DNA of 64,000 nt from Trueperaceae bacterium (GTDB taxonomy: Bacteria > Deinococcota > Deinococci > Deinococcales > Trueperaceae), in the NCBI GenBank assembly GCA_965213705.1, contig OZ243913.1:1344001-1408000 (forward strand), in the 5' to 3' direction. A model generated the notes under the pieces. It ran no database searches. It was not told the DNA's origin and worked only from the letters and a program-made list of their open reading frames with translations. Made by a program: the position numbers and the translations under genes. Of the stretch, positions 19,124-28,883 are shown one piece after another (position 1 is the stretch's first letter; the number at the start of each line of letters is the position of its first letter).

Positions 19124-19981
19124 ATGTTTAAGAAACTGCTTTACACCCTCGTGGCCGTCTTTGTAGCCGCGCCCCTCACCGTGTCGTTCGCCCAGGACGC
19201 GCCCGACAAGCTCGTCCTCGGCATGGTGCCGAGCCGCGAGGCCGACGCGATTGTCGACTCGCTCGAGCCCCTGGCTGAACTGCTCTCGGCGCGCTTGCAG
19301 GTACCGGTAGACACGTTTGTGTCGACCAACTACGTCGGTCTGGTCGAGGCGATGGGCAACGAGCGCATCGACATCGGCTTTTTCGGTCCCTCGGCGCTCG
19401 TCCAGGCGGTCGACCGCTACGGCGCGGAAGTGATTCTCGCCTCGGTGCGGCGCGGCTCCACGACGTACAAGTCGCAGTTCAACGTGCTCTGCGACAGCGG
19501 CATTGAAAGTTTTGAGGACCTGTCCGGCAAGAGCATCGCTTTTGTCGACCCCGGCTCGGCCTCGGGCTACCAGTTTCCCTATACGTTCCTGAAAAGCGAG
19601 TACGACATCGACGCCGACACCGACATGGAAACGACCTTCGCGGGCAGCCACGACGCCGCGGTGCTGGCCGTCTACAACGGCGACGTCGAGGTGGCGACGA
19701 GTTTCAACGACGCTAGAACGGCCATCGAAGCCGACTTTCCCGACGTGATGGACAAGGTGTGCGTGCTCGGCTACACCGGCGACATCCCCAACGACGGCGT
19801 GGTGGTGCGCCCCGGCCTAAATCCCGAACTCGCCACGCAAATCCAGCAGGCGCTTATCGACATCGCCGCGACCGAAGAGGGCAAAGCCTTAACCGAAACC
19901 CTGTTCAACGTGACCGAGTTCGCGCCCATCGACGCCGCGGCCTATGACCCGGTGCGCCAGGTCTTAGAAAACTTTCAGTAA
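19124..19981 (+). CDS. phnD: Phosphate/phosphite/phosphonate ABC transporter substrate-binding protein
   Basis: Signal peptide; DPGSASGY, GSHD, IPND motifs. Confidence 0.9.
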   Translation: MFKKLLYTLVAVFVAAPLTVSFAQDAPDKLVLGMVPSREADAIVDSLEPLAELLSARLQVPVDTFVSTNYVGLVEAMGNERIDIGFFGPSALVQAVDRYGAEVILASVRRGSTTYKSQFNVLCDSGIESFEDLSGKSIAFVDPGSASGYQFPYTFLKSEYDIDADTDMETTFAGSHDAAVLAVYNGDVEVATSFNDARTAIEADFPDVMDKVCVLGYTGDIPNDGVVVRPGLNPELATQIQQALIDIAATEEGKALTETLFNVTEFAPIDAAAYDPVRQVLENFQ

Positions 19982-20011
19982 ACCGGCACCCGCGTTGGCA
20001 CCCGCGTTACG

Positions 20012-20037
20012 GCCCCAGGATTTCCTGGGGCTTTTTT
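20012..20037 (+). terminator. Intrinsic terminator between phnD and phnC
   Basis: GCCCCAGGA-TT-TCCTGGGGC followed by T6. Confidence 0.8.
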
Positions 20038-20105
20038 GTGCGCCGCCACGGTCGACTCTGTTAAACTTGTGCGTCCATGACCGAATCTCACCGTGACCAA
20101 CTACG

Positions 20106-20876
20106 ATGATTGAATTCCGAGACGTCGAAGTCACTTACCCCAACGGCCTCAAAGCCCTCAAGGGCGTAACCCTGGAGGTGCCCAAGGGGCAGTTCGTCGT
20201 GGTGGTGGGTTTGTCCGGGGCGGGCAAGTCTACACTTATTCGCACCATCAACAACTTAGTCGTGCCGTCCAAGGGCGAGGTCGTCGTGGGTGGGCGCTCG
20301 GTCACACGGGCCAAGGGCCGCGAACTGCGCGGGCTCCGCAGCGACATCGGCATGATTTTCCAGACCTTCAACTTAGTCAAGCGCTCGTCGGTGCTCCGCA
20401 ACGTGCTCTCGGGGCGCTTGGGCGACGCCAACCCGGCATTGAGCCTGCTCGGGATTTTTCCTAAAAAAGACGTCGCTCTAGCGCACGACTGTCTGCGGCG
20501 GGTGGGCATTTCTGAAAAGGCTTACGCTCGAGCCGACGCCCTGTCCGGCGGGCAGCAGCAGCGCGTCGGCATCGCTCGAGCGCTCGCCCAGGAGCCCGCG
20601 GTGATGCTCGCCGACGAGCCCGTCGCCAGCCTCGACCCGCCCACCTCGCACGCGGTCATGCGCGACTTAAAGCGCATCGCCCGCGAGGACGGTATCACCA
20701 CGCTGGTGAACCTGCACTTTATCGACATGGCGAGGGACTACGCCGACCGCATCGTCGGAATGCGCGACGGCGTCGTCGTGTTCGACGGCACGCCTCTTGA
20801 AGCCACCGACCAGGCGTTCGAGGACATCTACGGCCGCCCCATCGACGCGGAAAAGGACCTGCGCGGTGTCGCCTGA
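20106..20876 (+). CDS. phnC: Phosphonate ABC transporter ATPase
   Basis: GLSGAGKS, LSGGQQQRVGIARAL, DEPVASLDP. Confidence 0.92.
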   Translation: MIEFRDVEVTYPNGLKALKGVTLEVPKGQFVVVVGLSGAGKSTLIRTINNLVVPSKGEVVVGGRSVTRAKGRELRGLRSDIGMIFQTFNLVKRSSVLRNVLSGRLGDANPALSLLGIFPKKDVALAHDCLRRVGISEKAYARADALSGGQQQRVGIARALAQEPAVMLADEPVASLDPPTSHAVMRDLKRIAREDGITTLVNLHFIDMARDYADRIVGMRDGVVVFDGTPLEATDQAFEDIYGRPIDAEKDLRGVA

Positions 20877-21660
20877 GGTGTCTAAAGCTCCCCCGACACC
20901 GCCGCAGGCGCAGCGCCTGCTGGTGTGGTCGACCTTCGGCGTTTTTTTGGCGCTGTTCTTCGTCTCCGCGTGGCAGACCGACTTTTCGGTGGGGGTGTTG
21001 GCCCAGGGCGGGGGCGACTTTTTCGCATTTTTCCGCAAGCTCACGCCCGACCCGAGCTATCTACCCGAGGTGTGGGGGCCGCTGCTCGAGACCCTGCAAA
21101 TCGCCTACCTGAGCACGCTGTTCGGCACCGTGTTGGCCTTGCCGCTGCTCTTTTTGGCCTCGAATAACACGACTTCGGACCCCGTAACCCTGTGGGTGGC
21201 GCGGAGCATCCTGACGGTTTTGCGCTCCATCCCCGACCTGCTCTACGCGGCTATCCTGGCCCCCATCCTCGCCATCGGGCCGCTGCCGGGCGTGGTGGCC
21301 TTGACCATTTTCAGCACGGCGGTCCTCGCCAAGCTCGGCTCGGAAACGGTCGAGGCGGTCGACCCCGGCCCCTTGGAAGCGCTGCGCGCGACCGGCGCGG
21401 GTCGCAACCGCACCATCGTCTACGGGGTGGTGCCGCAGGTCATGGCGACGATGACGAGTTACGTGCTGTACGTGTTCGAAATCAACGTGCGCGCCTCGGT
21501 AGTTATCGGACTCGTCGGGGCGGGCGGCATCGGCGAGCAGTTGCTGGCGCGGCTCAACTTTTTCGCCTTCGGCGACGTGGCGACCATCATCATCGTCATT
21601 TTCGCGGTCGTGCTCTTTATCGACGCGGTGTCGGTGTACGCGCGTTCGCGGCTCATCTAG
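20866..21660 (+). CDS. phnE: Phosphonate ABC transporter permease
   Basis: RSIPDL, E.VDPGPLEA, FEINVRAS..GLVGAGGIG; GTG start overlaps the phnC end. Confidence 0.9.
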   Translation: MSPEVSKAPPTPPQAQRLLVWSTFGVFLALFFVSAWQTDFSVGVLAQGGGDFFAFFRKLTPDPSYLPEVWGPLLETLQIAYLSTLFGTVLALPLLFLASNNTTSDPVTLWVARSILTVLRSIPDLLYAAILAPILAIGPLPGVVALTIFSTAVLAKLGSETVEAVDPGPLEALRATGAGRNRTIVYGVVPQVMATMTSYVLYVFEINVRASVVIGLVGAGGIGEQLLARLNFFAFGDVATIIIVIFAVVLFIDAVSVYARSRLI

Positions 21661-21675
21661 CATGGCGCAACTTTT

Positions 21676-22485
21676 ATGACGCAGAAAAGTGTGAGCGTTC
21701 CCCGCCCGCCCGCGCACGTCCGGCGCAACTTAGCGCTGCGCTACCTGCTGTTCGCCGCGCTGCTGGGCTTTGGGGTGTTCACGCTTGTCACGCTCGATTT
21801 ACCGTCCTTTTCGCGCGTGCTGCGGGGCTTGCGCAACAACTTAGTGCCGCTTCTGCGCGGCTTCATCCAGCCGAGTTGGGAGACCGCGCCGCTGGCGTTT
21901 TCGGCGATGCTCGAGACTTTCTTCATGGCGGTCATCGGCACGACCATCGGCGGGCTGCTCGCCTTTCCGCTGAGCTTTTTGGCGGCGGGCAACCTCTTGG
22001 GCGGCACCCGCTTCGCCGCGCCGGGCAAAGTGCTACTCGTCGCGGTGCGCACCTTTCCCGAAATCCTCTTAGCCATCATCTTCGTCGCCGCGACCGGCCC
22101 CGGCCCGACGGCGGGAATTATGGCGATGGGCATTCACTCGATAGGCTTTCTGGGCAAAATTTTCGCCGATGTCATCGAGGGCATCGACCCCGGCCCCAAC
22201 GAGGCGATTCGCGCGACCGGCGGCAGCGCGCTCCACGTGTTCTTGTACTCGGTGGTGCCGCAGGTGCTGCCCGAGTTCGCCTCCAACCTGCTGTACCGTT
22301 TCGAAATCAACCTCCGCGCGGCGACGGTTCTGGGTTTAGTGGGTGCGGGCGGTATCGGCTTGCCGCTCATCCAGCGCATCCAGTTTCGGCGCTGGGACGA
22401 GGTGTCGATGATTCTTCTCGTCATCGTGGCGGTCGTCATCGTCGTGGATACCGGGAGTTCGTTCGTGCGGCGGCGGTTGGTTTGA
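21676..22485 (+). CDS. phnE: Phosphonate ABC transporter permease (second copy)
   Basis: RTFPE, EGIDPGP, FEINLRAA..GLVGAGGIG. Confidence 0.9.
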   Translation: MTQKSVSVPRPPAHVRRNLALRYLLFAALLGFGVFTLVTLDLPSFSRVLRGLRNNLVPLLRGFIQPSWETAPLAFSAMLETFFMAVIGTTIGGLLAFPLSFLAAGNLLGGTRFAAPGKVLLVAVRTFPEILLAIIFVAATGPGPTAGIMAMGIHSIGFLGKIFADVIEGIDPGPNEAIRATGGSALHVFLYSVVPQVLPEFASNLLYRFEINLRAATVLGLVGAGGIGLPLIQRIQFRRWDEVSMILLVIVAVVIVVDTGSSFVRRRLV

Positions 22486-22536
22486 GACCCCCTGTATCCC
22501 CCTAAAAGGGGGAGCTGCTACTTGTTACACTGACCT

Positions 22537-23058
22537 ATGATTCGCGCACCGAGTAACACGTTGTCGGCCTCGAGGTTCGAAAGTCACGCCTCGAGCCTGC
22601 TCCAGAACTTCAGACGGCTTTTTATAGTCGTTGCGCTGGCCTCGACACTCTCTTTCGGTCTGGGTCAGTCGCTGTGGCTCGAGGGCGGTCTCGCCTACCG
22701 CGAAACGCCGCCGGAAGGGTACGATTCCGGCTTCAAGGTCGGGCTGCGCGGCGTGTTGGACCTCAACGACACGGTCGGGCTGTACCTTGCGCCTTATTAC
22801 TTAGACGGGTTCGGCGTCGACGGCGGGGTCTGGTTCAGCTTTCTGGTCGGGCTGGACGACATTGTCGGCTTTACAAGCTATTTGGGCGCGGGCCTCACCT
22901 TGGTTCACGGCAACTTCGGGTTCGCGTTGAGCGGTGCGGTCGGCTTTGAACTGTCCCGCGACTTAGAACTCGTGCTGGTCTACACGCACCGGCCGATTCT
23001 GTTGCCCCGCTTGTCGCAAACTTTCGACGTGTCGCTGGGGCTGAAAATCGACTTTTAG
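22537..23058 (+). CDS. Putative small outer-membrane beta-barrel protein
   Basis: Hydrophobic leader, alternating aromatic/Gly strands, C-terminal LGLKIDF; TACACT-N5-ATG. Confidence 0.55.
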   Translation: MIRAPSNTLSASRFESHASSLLQNFRRLFIVVALASTLSFGLGQSLWLEGGLAYRETPPEGYDSGFKVGLRGVLDLNDTVGLYLAPYYLDGFGVDGGVWFSFLVGLDDIVGFTSYLGAGLTLVHGNFGFALSGAVGFELSRDLELVLVYTHRPILLPRLSQTFDVSLGLKIDF

Positions 23059-23173
23059 GAAACGTGGTTCGTCGTTCGTTGTTCGTGGGCTACTCTTAGC
23101 GAAAAATGAACGACGAAAAATGAAGAGCCCTTCAGCCCACGTTGGCACCGACCCTTCGGTTTCGAAAACGCAC

Positions 23174-23941
23174 CTACAGAGCGTCCGCGATGATGCGCAG
23201 ACCGTCCAGCGTCAGCAGCGGCGCGTACACGTCGATTTTTCGGGCGTGGCCCTCGATGACCTCGGCAAAACCGCCCGTGGCGATGACGAGAGGGGTACCC
23301 AACGAAGGCTCTATTTCCCGCGACAGCCGCGCCACCATGCCGTCGACCATCTCGGCGTAGCCGAACACGAGGCCGGACTGCAGCGCGCTCACGGTGTTTT
23401 TGCCGATGGCTTGCTGCGGCGCGGTGAGGTCTATCCGCGGCAGCTTGGCGGCGCGGGCGAACAGCGCCTCGGCGGCGACGAGCGGCCCCGGTGCCAGCGC
23501 CACCCCCAGCAGGCGGTTAGGTTTGACGACCACGTCGAAGTTCGTCGCGGTGCCGAAGTCCACGACGACGAACGCCTCAGCGTCATAGCGCAGCGCGGCG
23601 ACCGCGTTCACCATGCGGTCGGCCCCGACCTCTCGAGGGTTGTCGGTTTCGACCGAGAGAAGCGGCGCTAAGCTCGAGCTGTTCACGCCCGTACTCTCGA
23701 CCTGCCAGTAGGTTCTCAGCGCCAGCGACAACTCGCGCTCGACGTGCGGCACCACGCTCGAGATGACCGCCCGACTGGGCGGCGCAACGTCGTCTAACTC
23801 GAGCAGGTTCTTGACCAGCACCGCGTATTGGTCGGCCATGCGGTTGCGGTCGGTCGACACGCGCCAGTGTGCACGCAGGGTTGCGCCCTCGAACAGGCCC
23901 AGCACGGTGCTGGTGTTGCCCACGTCTACGGCTAGAAGCAT
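23174..23941 (-). CDS. coaX: Type III pantothenate kinase
   Basis: DVGNT, VGADR, VDFGTAT, ATGG motifs. Confidence 0.95.
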   Translation of the reverse strand: MLLAVDVGNTSTVLGLFEGATLRAHWRVSTDRNRMADQYAVLVKNLLELDDVAPPSRAVISSVVPHVERELSLALRTYWQVESTGVNSSSLAPLLSVETDNPREVGADRMVNAVAALRYDAEAFVVVDFGTATNFDVVVKPNRLLGVALAPGPLVAAEALFARAAKLPRIDLTAPQQAIGKNTVSALQSGLVFGYAEMVDGMVARLSREIEPSLGTPLVIATGGFAEVIEGHARKIDVYAPLLTLDGLRIIADAL

Positions 23942-24120
23942 GGGTGTAGGATATAGGGTTTAAGTGCCGGGGTCTAGGCATTGGGGAGGGGTTCCGGTTT
24001 ACTTGCTGAGACAGTTGTTGTGCTGCGAGCGAGAAGTAAGGAGTAAGAAGGTTACACAACTTTGTAGCTGCAACGTCGGTTACGAGGTGGGGTGTTTTGA
24101 ACAGTCGACGTTTACAGAGT

Positions 24121-24585
24121 TCAACCTACTTCCGCAAGCACCAACCTCGTCCAGGCGCGGATTTCCTCGGTCAGGTCCAGCGCCGCCAACTCGTCAGGCC
24201 CGTACCAGCCGAGGCTGGGGTCGGTCTCGAGCAAGTACCCGTCGTACCCGTCCACAGGCCGGGCGAAGTAGATGAGGTCGACGTGCTCGTGGCCCTGAAA
24301 AATCGTTTCCAACTGCACGCCTCTAGGTGGCACGAGTTGGCGCGGTTCGGCAATCGTCAGGGCGGGGTTCCCCAGCAGCACGACCGGCACGCCGGACTCT
24401 TCGAACACCTCGCGCACCGCCGCCTCGTCGGGAAGTTCGTGCGGCTCGATGTGGCCGCCGGGCGGAAACCAGCGGCCGAGTTTTTTGTGCTTGTGGAGGA
24501 GCACGCAGCCGCGCCAGACGACGAAAGCGGTGGCGGTGAAGTCTCGAGTCAGCCGCGGAACCTGTAAACCGTCCGACTCAGTCAC
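24121..24585 (-). CDS. NUDIX hydrolase
   Basis: PGGHIEPHELPDEAAVREVFEESG Nudix box; HEHVDLIY; start inferred at GTG 24585. Confidence 0.9.
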   Translation of the reverse strand: MTESDGLQVPRLTRDFTATAFVVWRGCVLLHKHKKLGRWFPPGGHIEPHELPDEAAVREVFEESGVPVVLLGNPALTIAEPRQLVPPRGVQLETIFQGHEHVDLIYFARPVDGYDGYLLETDPSLGWYGPDELAALDLTEEIRAWTRLVLAEVG

Positions 24586-24958
24586 GTTCGACCCACGCGC
24601 GCCGCCAGGCGGCTGGCTCGAAGGGGTCGGGCCAGTACTCGACTTGTTTGACAATCAAGCCGTTTTCGACCGTCGAAAAGGTGAGGGCTCGAGCCGCCAC
24701 GACGCCGTCGGTCACGCTCACGTCGGTGACGACCTCATTGCCGTCGCCGAGAATCTTGTTGAGTGTAAAGCGCCACGGGCCGTTCGCCGGATAGTTTCGG
24801 TTCACCGCGACGAAGTTGGCGCGTCCTGAAATTTTTTCCGACGATTGAGGCCAATAAAGTTCGTAGTTCGGGGCCAACAGCTCGCTCGCCGCGAGAAAGT
24901 CGTTGGTTTGCATGGTTTCCCAAAACTTCGTGACGACCCCTTTGGCTTCACTGCTCAC
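24578..24958 (-). CDS. NTF2/SnoaL-like protein
   Basis: WPQS.E.I.GR.NF...N..YP and EYWPDPF..W pattern. Confidence 0.8.
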   Translation of the reverse strand: MSSEAKGVVTKFWETMQTNDFLAASELLAPNYELYWPQSSEKISGRANFVAVNRNYPANGPWRFTLNKILGDGNEVVTDVSVTDGVVAARALTFSTVENGLIVKQVEYWPDPFEPAAWRRAWVERD

Positions 24959-24961
24959 CGC

Positions 24962-26293
24962 TCAAGCCATCATCAGCGGAATTTTTTCAGTGGCGTGGCC
25001 CTTGACCGTGCCGTAAAGCGTGTGCGGCGTGGTGGTGTCGATGGTGACCGTGTGCAGCCCCATCCGCGTCACCTGCTCTTTGGGCACCAGTACCGTGTGA
25101 TTTTGGTCGCTGTGCCCCACCACGTAGTCGCTGCTGTCGGCCACGTCTTTAATAAGCACGCGCAACTCGCGCCCCTCGAAACGCTTGTTACTCGTGAACG
25201 CCCAGTGCTTTTGCCGCTCGATGAGCCGGCCCAGGCGCTCGGTCTTGAGGTCTCTGGGCAGGTCGTCGAAGTGCTCGTAAGACGGCGTGCCGGGCCGGGC
25301 GCTGTAGATGAACATGTAAGCCTGGTCGTACTGAACCTCATCAAACAAAGACAGCGTCGCCTCGAAATCCTCTTCGGTCTCGCCGGGAAAGCCGACGATG
25401 ATGTCGGTCGAAATCACCACGTCTTGAACCTTGGCGCGAATTTCACGGACGATGTCTAAGTAGCGCTCGCGGCGGTACTCCCTCGCCATGCGCCGCAGCA
25501 CCCGGTCGCTGCCCGACTGCACCGGCAAGTGGATGTAGTTGCAGATGTTCTCGGTCTCGGCAATGGCGTCGATGATGTCGGAGGTGAAGTTCATCGGATG
25601 GCTCGTTGTGAACTTTACGCGCGGAATGCCGGTCGCGGCGACCGTGCGGAGCAGTTCGGCGAACGAGGGCAGGGTGGGGTCGCCGAGGCCGTAGCTGTTG
25701 ACGTTTTGGCCGAGGAGGTAGATTTCTTGCACGCCCCCTAAGCGCATCGCTTCGGCCTCTTGCAGGATGGCTTGCACGGGTCTCGAGACCTCCGGCCCCC
25801 GCGTGGTCGGCACGATGCAGTAGGTGCAGTGGTGGTTGCAGCCGCGCATGATCGTCAAAAAGCCGGTCAGCGCGTTCGGCGCGGGTGTGATATAACCCGT
25901 CAGGTCGTCCTTGAAGCGCACGCTCTCGAACGACGCTTGGCCGCCGCTAAGCGCTTCCAACGCAGGTAAAATATCGGTAATTGCGCCCGGACCGAGCAGG
26001 ATGTCCACGCCGAGCTTGTCCGCAATCTCTTTGCCCTCGTCGAGTTGCGCCAAACAACCCATCATCGCCACCGTGAGGTCGCGGCCGGCGCGCTTTTGTT
26101 TGCGGAACTCGCCCAAAAGCGTCTTGACCTTCTCGACCGGTTTGCCGCGCACCGCGCAGGTGTTCAAAATCACGAGGTTGGCGTCCTCTGCAGAGTCCAC
26201 CAGGCTGTGGCCGCCCGCGACGAGTTCGGAGTGAATCGTCAGGGTGTCGTACTCGTTCATCTGGCAACCCATCGTAATCACGTGGGCGCGCAT
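24962..26293 (-). CDS. miaB: tRNA (i6A37) methylthiotransferase
   Basis: TMGCQMN, NTCAVR, radical-SAM CNHHCTYC, DIIVGFPGE, C-terminal TRAM domain. Confidence 0.95.
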   Translation of the reverse strand: MRAHVITMGCQMNEYDTLTIHSELVAGGHSLVDSAEDANLVILNTCAVRGKPVEKVKTLLGEFRKQKRAGRDLTVAMMGCLAQLDEGKEIADKLGVDILLGPGAITDILPALEALSGGQASFESVRFKDDLTGYITPAPNALTGFLTIMRGCNHHCTYCIVPTTRGPEVSRPVQAILQEAEAMRLGGVQEIYLLGQNVNSYGLGDPTLPSFAELLRTVAATGIPRVKFTTSHPMNFTSDIIDAIAETENICNYIHLPVQSGSDRVLRRMAREYRRERYLDIVREIRAKVQDVVISTDIIVGFPGETEEDFEATLSLFDEVQYDQAYMFIYSARPGTPSYEHFDDLPRDLKTERLGRLIERQKHWAFTSNKRFEGRELRVLIKDVADSSDYVVGHSDQNHTVLVPKEQVTRMGLHTVTIDTTTPHTLYGTVKGHATEKIPLMMA

Positions 26294-26579
26294 AGGTTCT
26301 CGGTTCAAGGTCAGCTCCGTCGGTTCCGGCTCGGGGTTCGAACTAACCCGTTCGCCGAGCAGTTCAGCATACTAGGCCGGGCCGTTTCTCCTCAAGGCGA
26401 GGGGTTACAAGTGACCCGGTGTCTCGCCTACCCGACCCTGTGGACTTTTGACAGTTTGGAGAAAAGTACCGAGTCTCAAGGACCGAGTTGGACGTGTTCT
26501 TGGCTCGGTCCTTTTCACTTCAAGCTCGGTTACCGATTCTGTAAGAGTCTCGTTATAAGCCGCTTGCTAGGCTAAACCT

Positions 26580-26858
26580 ATGACTTCCGAACTACCCGTT
26601 TACCTGACGCTCAAGCTCAAAACGACGCTCGAGCGCGTGACGGAGGCCGCGCGGGCCAAAGGACTCGAGGCTTTGTTCGCCTACGAACTTTTCGACCTGG
26701 AACACCAGGTGGCGGAAGCCTCGGCCCGCCAGGACCCCGACCTCGCCAAAAAAGCGCTCACCCAGGAAGCCCGTCTGCTCAACCGTATTGAAAGTTTGCC
26801 GGGCAAGCCGCCGACCGGCTCACGCCGGACGCCGCCGAACGCTTTGCGGCGCGGCTGA
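26580..26858 (+). CDS. Small helical hypothetical protein
   Basis: TAGGCT-N6-ATG leaderless start; genome-typical codon usage. Confidence 0.65.
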   Translation: MTSELPVYLTLKLKTTLERVTEAARAKGLEALFAYELFDLEHQVAEASARQDPDLAKKALTQEARLLNRIESLPGKPPTGSRRTPPNALRRG

Positions 26859-26924
26859 GCGCTTCAGCTCGAGCCCGACGTTGCCGACCCCGTCGTTTCT
26901 AACCCAGCCGGTTTAGACTGGTTC

Positions 26925-27281
26925 ATGACTAAAGGTAGGACGCTCGAGCCGAACTTTAGAAGTTTGGTCATCCGCCTCGTCAAAGCGGTGCCCGCCGGCA
27001 AAGTCGCCACCTACGGCCAAATCGCGGCGCTCGCGGGCTCGCCGCAGGCGGCGCGGCAGGTGGGCGGGGTGCTGAACGGTTTGAAAGAGTCTGAAGACGT
27101 GCCCTGGCAGCGCGTCATCAACGCGGCGGGCGGGCTGTCGACCTACAAAATCGGCTACGGCGAGTTGCAACGGGCGCTGCTCAGCGCCGAGGGCGTGCAG
27201 GTGTCCGCCGACAACACGGTCGACTTGAGCGTTTACCAGTGGCGCCTCGGCGACGAGGCCGAGCAGGGAAGACTGTTTTAA
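26925..27281 (+). CDS. Alkyltransferase-like (ATL) MGMT-family DNA-binding protein
   Basis: VATYGQIA..AG...AARQVG; PWQRV in place of catalytic PCHRV. Confidence 0.9.
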   Translation: MTKGRTLEPNFRSLVIRLVKAVPAGKVATYGQIAALAGSPQAARQVGGVLNGLKESEDVPWQRVINAAGGLSTYKIGYGELQRALLSAEGVQVSADNTVDLSVYQWRLGDEAEQGRLF

Positions 27282-27337
27282 CTTTCTTTTCAAGACCGGG
27301 GCGAGGCGCTGTCGACGCCGCCCCGGTATGATGCCCT

Positions 27338-28486
27338 ATGGCTGACTTTGCATCGGAACTCGCGCTTGCCCAAGCCCTCATCCAAACCGACAGTCCTTCG
27401 GAACACGAGCGCGAGGTCATGGCGCTCATGGTCGCGGCGCTCGAGAGTTTGGGCTTCGACGAGGCCTACCTCGACCGGGCGGGCAACGCCGTCGGGGTGT
27501 TCCGGCGCGGCGAATCCCCGACGGTGATGTTCAACGGCCACTTGGACACGGTGCCTTACGGGGACGCGTCGCTGTGGGAGCACGGGCCGCTCTCGGGAGA
27601 CGTTGCGGACGGTTACCTGTGGGGCCGCGGCTCGGTCGACATGAAGTCGGCCCTGGCCTGTATGGCTTTTGCCGCCAAAGACGCTGTGGCAGCCGGTTTC
27701 CAGGGCACTTTGAGCGTGACGGCGGTCGTTCAGGAGGAAATCGGCGGCCTCGGCGCGCGGCACCTGCAAGAAAACATGAAAGCAGACGTGGTGATTTTGG
27801 GCGAGCCGAGCAACCTCAACCTGATGCTCGGGCACCGCGGGCGTTTGGAAGTCGAGGTGCGGTTGCCGGGCAAAATCGCCCACGCCGCCAAAAACGAACT
27901 CGGCGACAACGCGCTCTACCACGCGGCGGAACTCCTCGACAAGCTCAGGATTTTGGAGCTGCCCGCGGGCGGCCCCTTGGGCGGGTCGACCCTCACGCCG
28001 ACGCACCTCGTCTCGCAGCCGCAAAACGGCAAAAACGTGGTGCCGGGCCGGGCCGACTTGACGATTGACTACCGCAACATCCCCGGCGACGAGCCCGCGG
28101 CGATTTTGGAGCGCCTGAAAACGCTTCTGCCCGCGGCGACGTTCGTCGTCCACGACGTTGAAGCGAAAAGCGAGGACGGCGCGGTCACGGTGCGCTATCC
28201 GCAGTACATCGAACCCTACCTGGCACCGGGTGAAAATCGGCTGGTGAACGTGGCGCGCGCGGCGCTGAAAAAAAGCCTCGAGCCCTTCGACGTTCCTTTC
28301 GAGGAGCGCGTCTGGTGGTTTGCGACCGACGCGCCGCACCTGAGCGAAATGGGTTGCCCGGTTATCGGCTTCGGACCCGGCGACGAGGACCTTGCCCACA
28401 CCACCCGTGAGCGTGTGCCGCTGCGGCACTTGGAAGTGGCGCGGGCGGTGTACCGGGACCTCGCGCTGGCTTACGCGGGTTCGTAA
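27338..28486 (+). CDS. M20-family metallohydrolase (ArgE/LysK/YgeY-like)
   Basis: GHLDTV, GRGSVDMK, QEE, GEP, AHT. Confidence 0.88.
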   Translation: MADFASELALAQALIQTDSPSEHEREVMALMVAALESLGFDEAYLDRAGNAVGVFRRGESPTVMFNGHLDTVPYGDASLWEHGPLSGDVADGYLWGRGSVDMKSALACMAFAAKDAVAAGFQGTLSVTAVVQEEIGGLGARHLQENMKADVVILGEPSNLNLMLGHRGRLEVEVRLPGKIAHAAKNELGDNALYHAAELLDKLRILELPAGGPLGGSTLTPTHLVSQPQNGKNVVPGRADLTIDYRNIPGDEPAAILERLKTLLPAATFVVHDVEAKSEDGAVTVRYPQYIEPYLAPGENRLVNVARAALKKSLEPFDVPFEERVWWFATDAPHLSEMGCPVIGFGPGDEDLAHTTRERVPLRHLEVARAVYRDLALAYAGS

Positions 28487-28541
28487 CCGTTGAGCTGCGT
28501 TTCGGGTAGAATGACGCTATGAACAACCCGAAAAGGCTAGT

Positions 28542-28883
28542 ATGAAAGGCGAAGTCATGCTCGTCAACGGTGACCGCTGGACGGTCGTCGACGTCGCCCC
28601 GGCCGCGCCGCTGGCCGAAATGGTCGCGGTCATCCTGGAAGAAGAGGGTTTTCTGGTGATGACCAAAGGCCCCGACATGGTCTCCGACGTGTTTACCCAC
28701 ATGGGCACCCACAGCCTCGGCACCACCTACGTCCTCGTGCCCGAGCAGGACGGCGAGCGAGCGCTCCAAATCGTCGCCGAGACGGTCACGGACTACGAGG
28801 GTGACGACTTAGACGAAATGCTCACTGTGCAAGCCCTGGAAGCAACCGGTGAAACCGGCTACGAAGACGAGGACGACTTTTAG
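28542..28883 (+). CDS. Acidic hypothetical protein
   Basis: Typical codon usage; preceded by a coupled uORF. Confidence 0.7.
   Translation: MKGEVMLVNGDRWTVVDVAPAAPLAEMVAVILEEEGFLVMTKGPDMVSDVFTHMGTHSLGTTYVLVPEQDGERALQIVAETVTDYEGDDLDEMLTVQALEATGETGYEDEDDF

Noticed and set aside
19124..22485. Complete phosphonate C-P lyase or phosphite oxidation system
   Set aside because: Only transporter genes are present; no phnG-M or ptxD
21192..22505. Long alternative-frame or antisense ORFs (this and many similar Arg/Gly-rich ones)
   Set aside because: Shadow ORFs typical of high-GC DNA, overlapping well-supported genes
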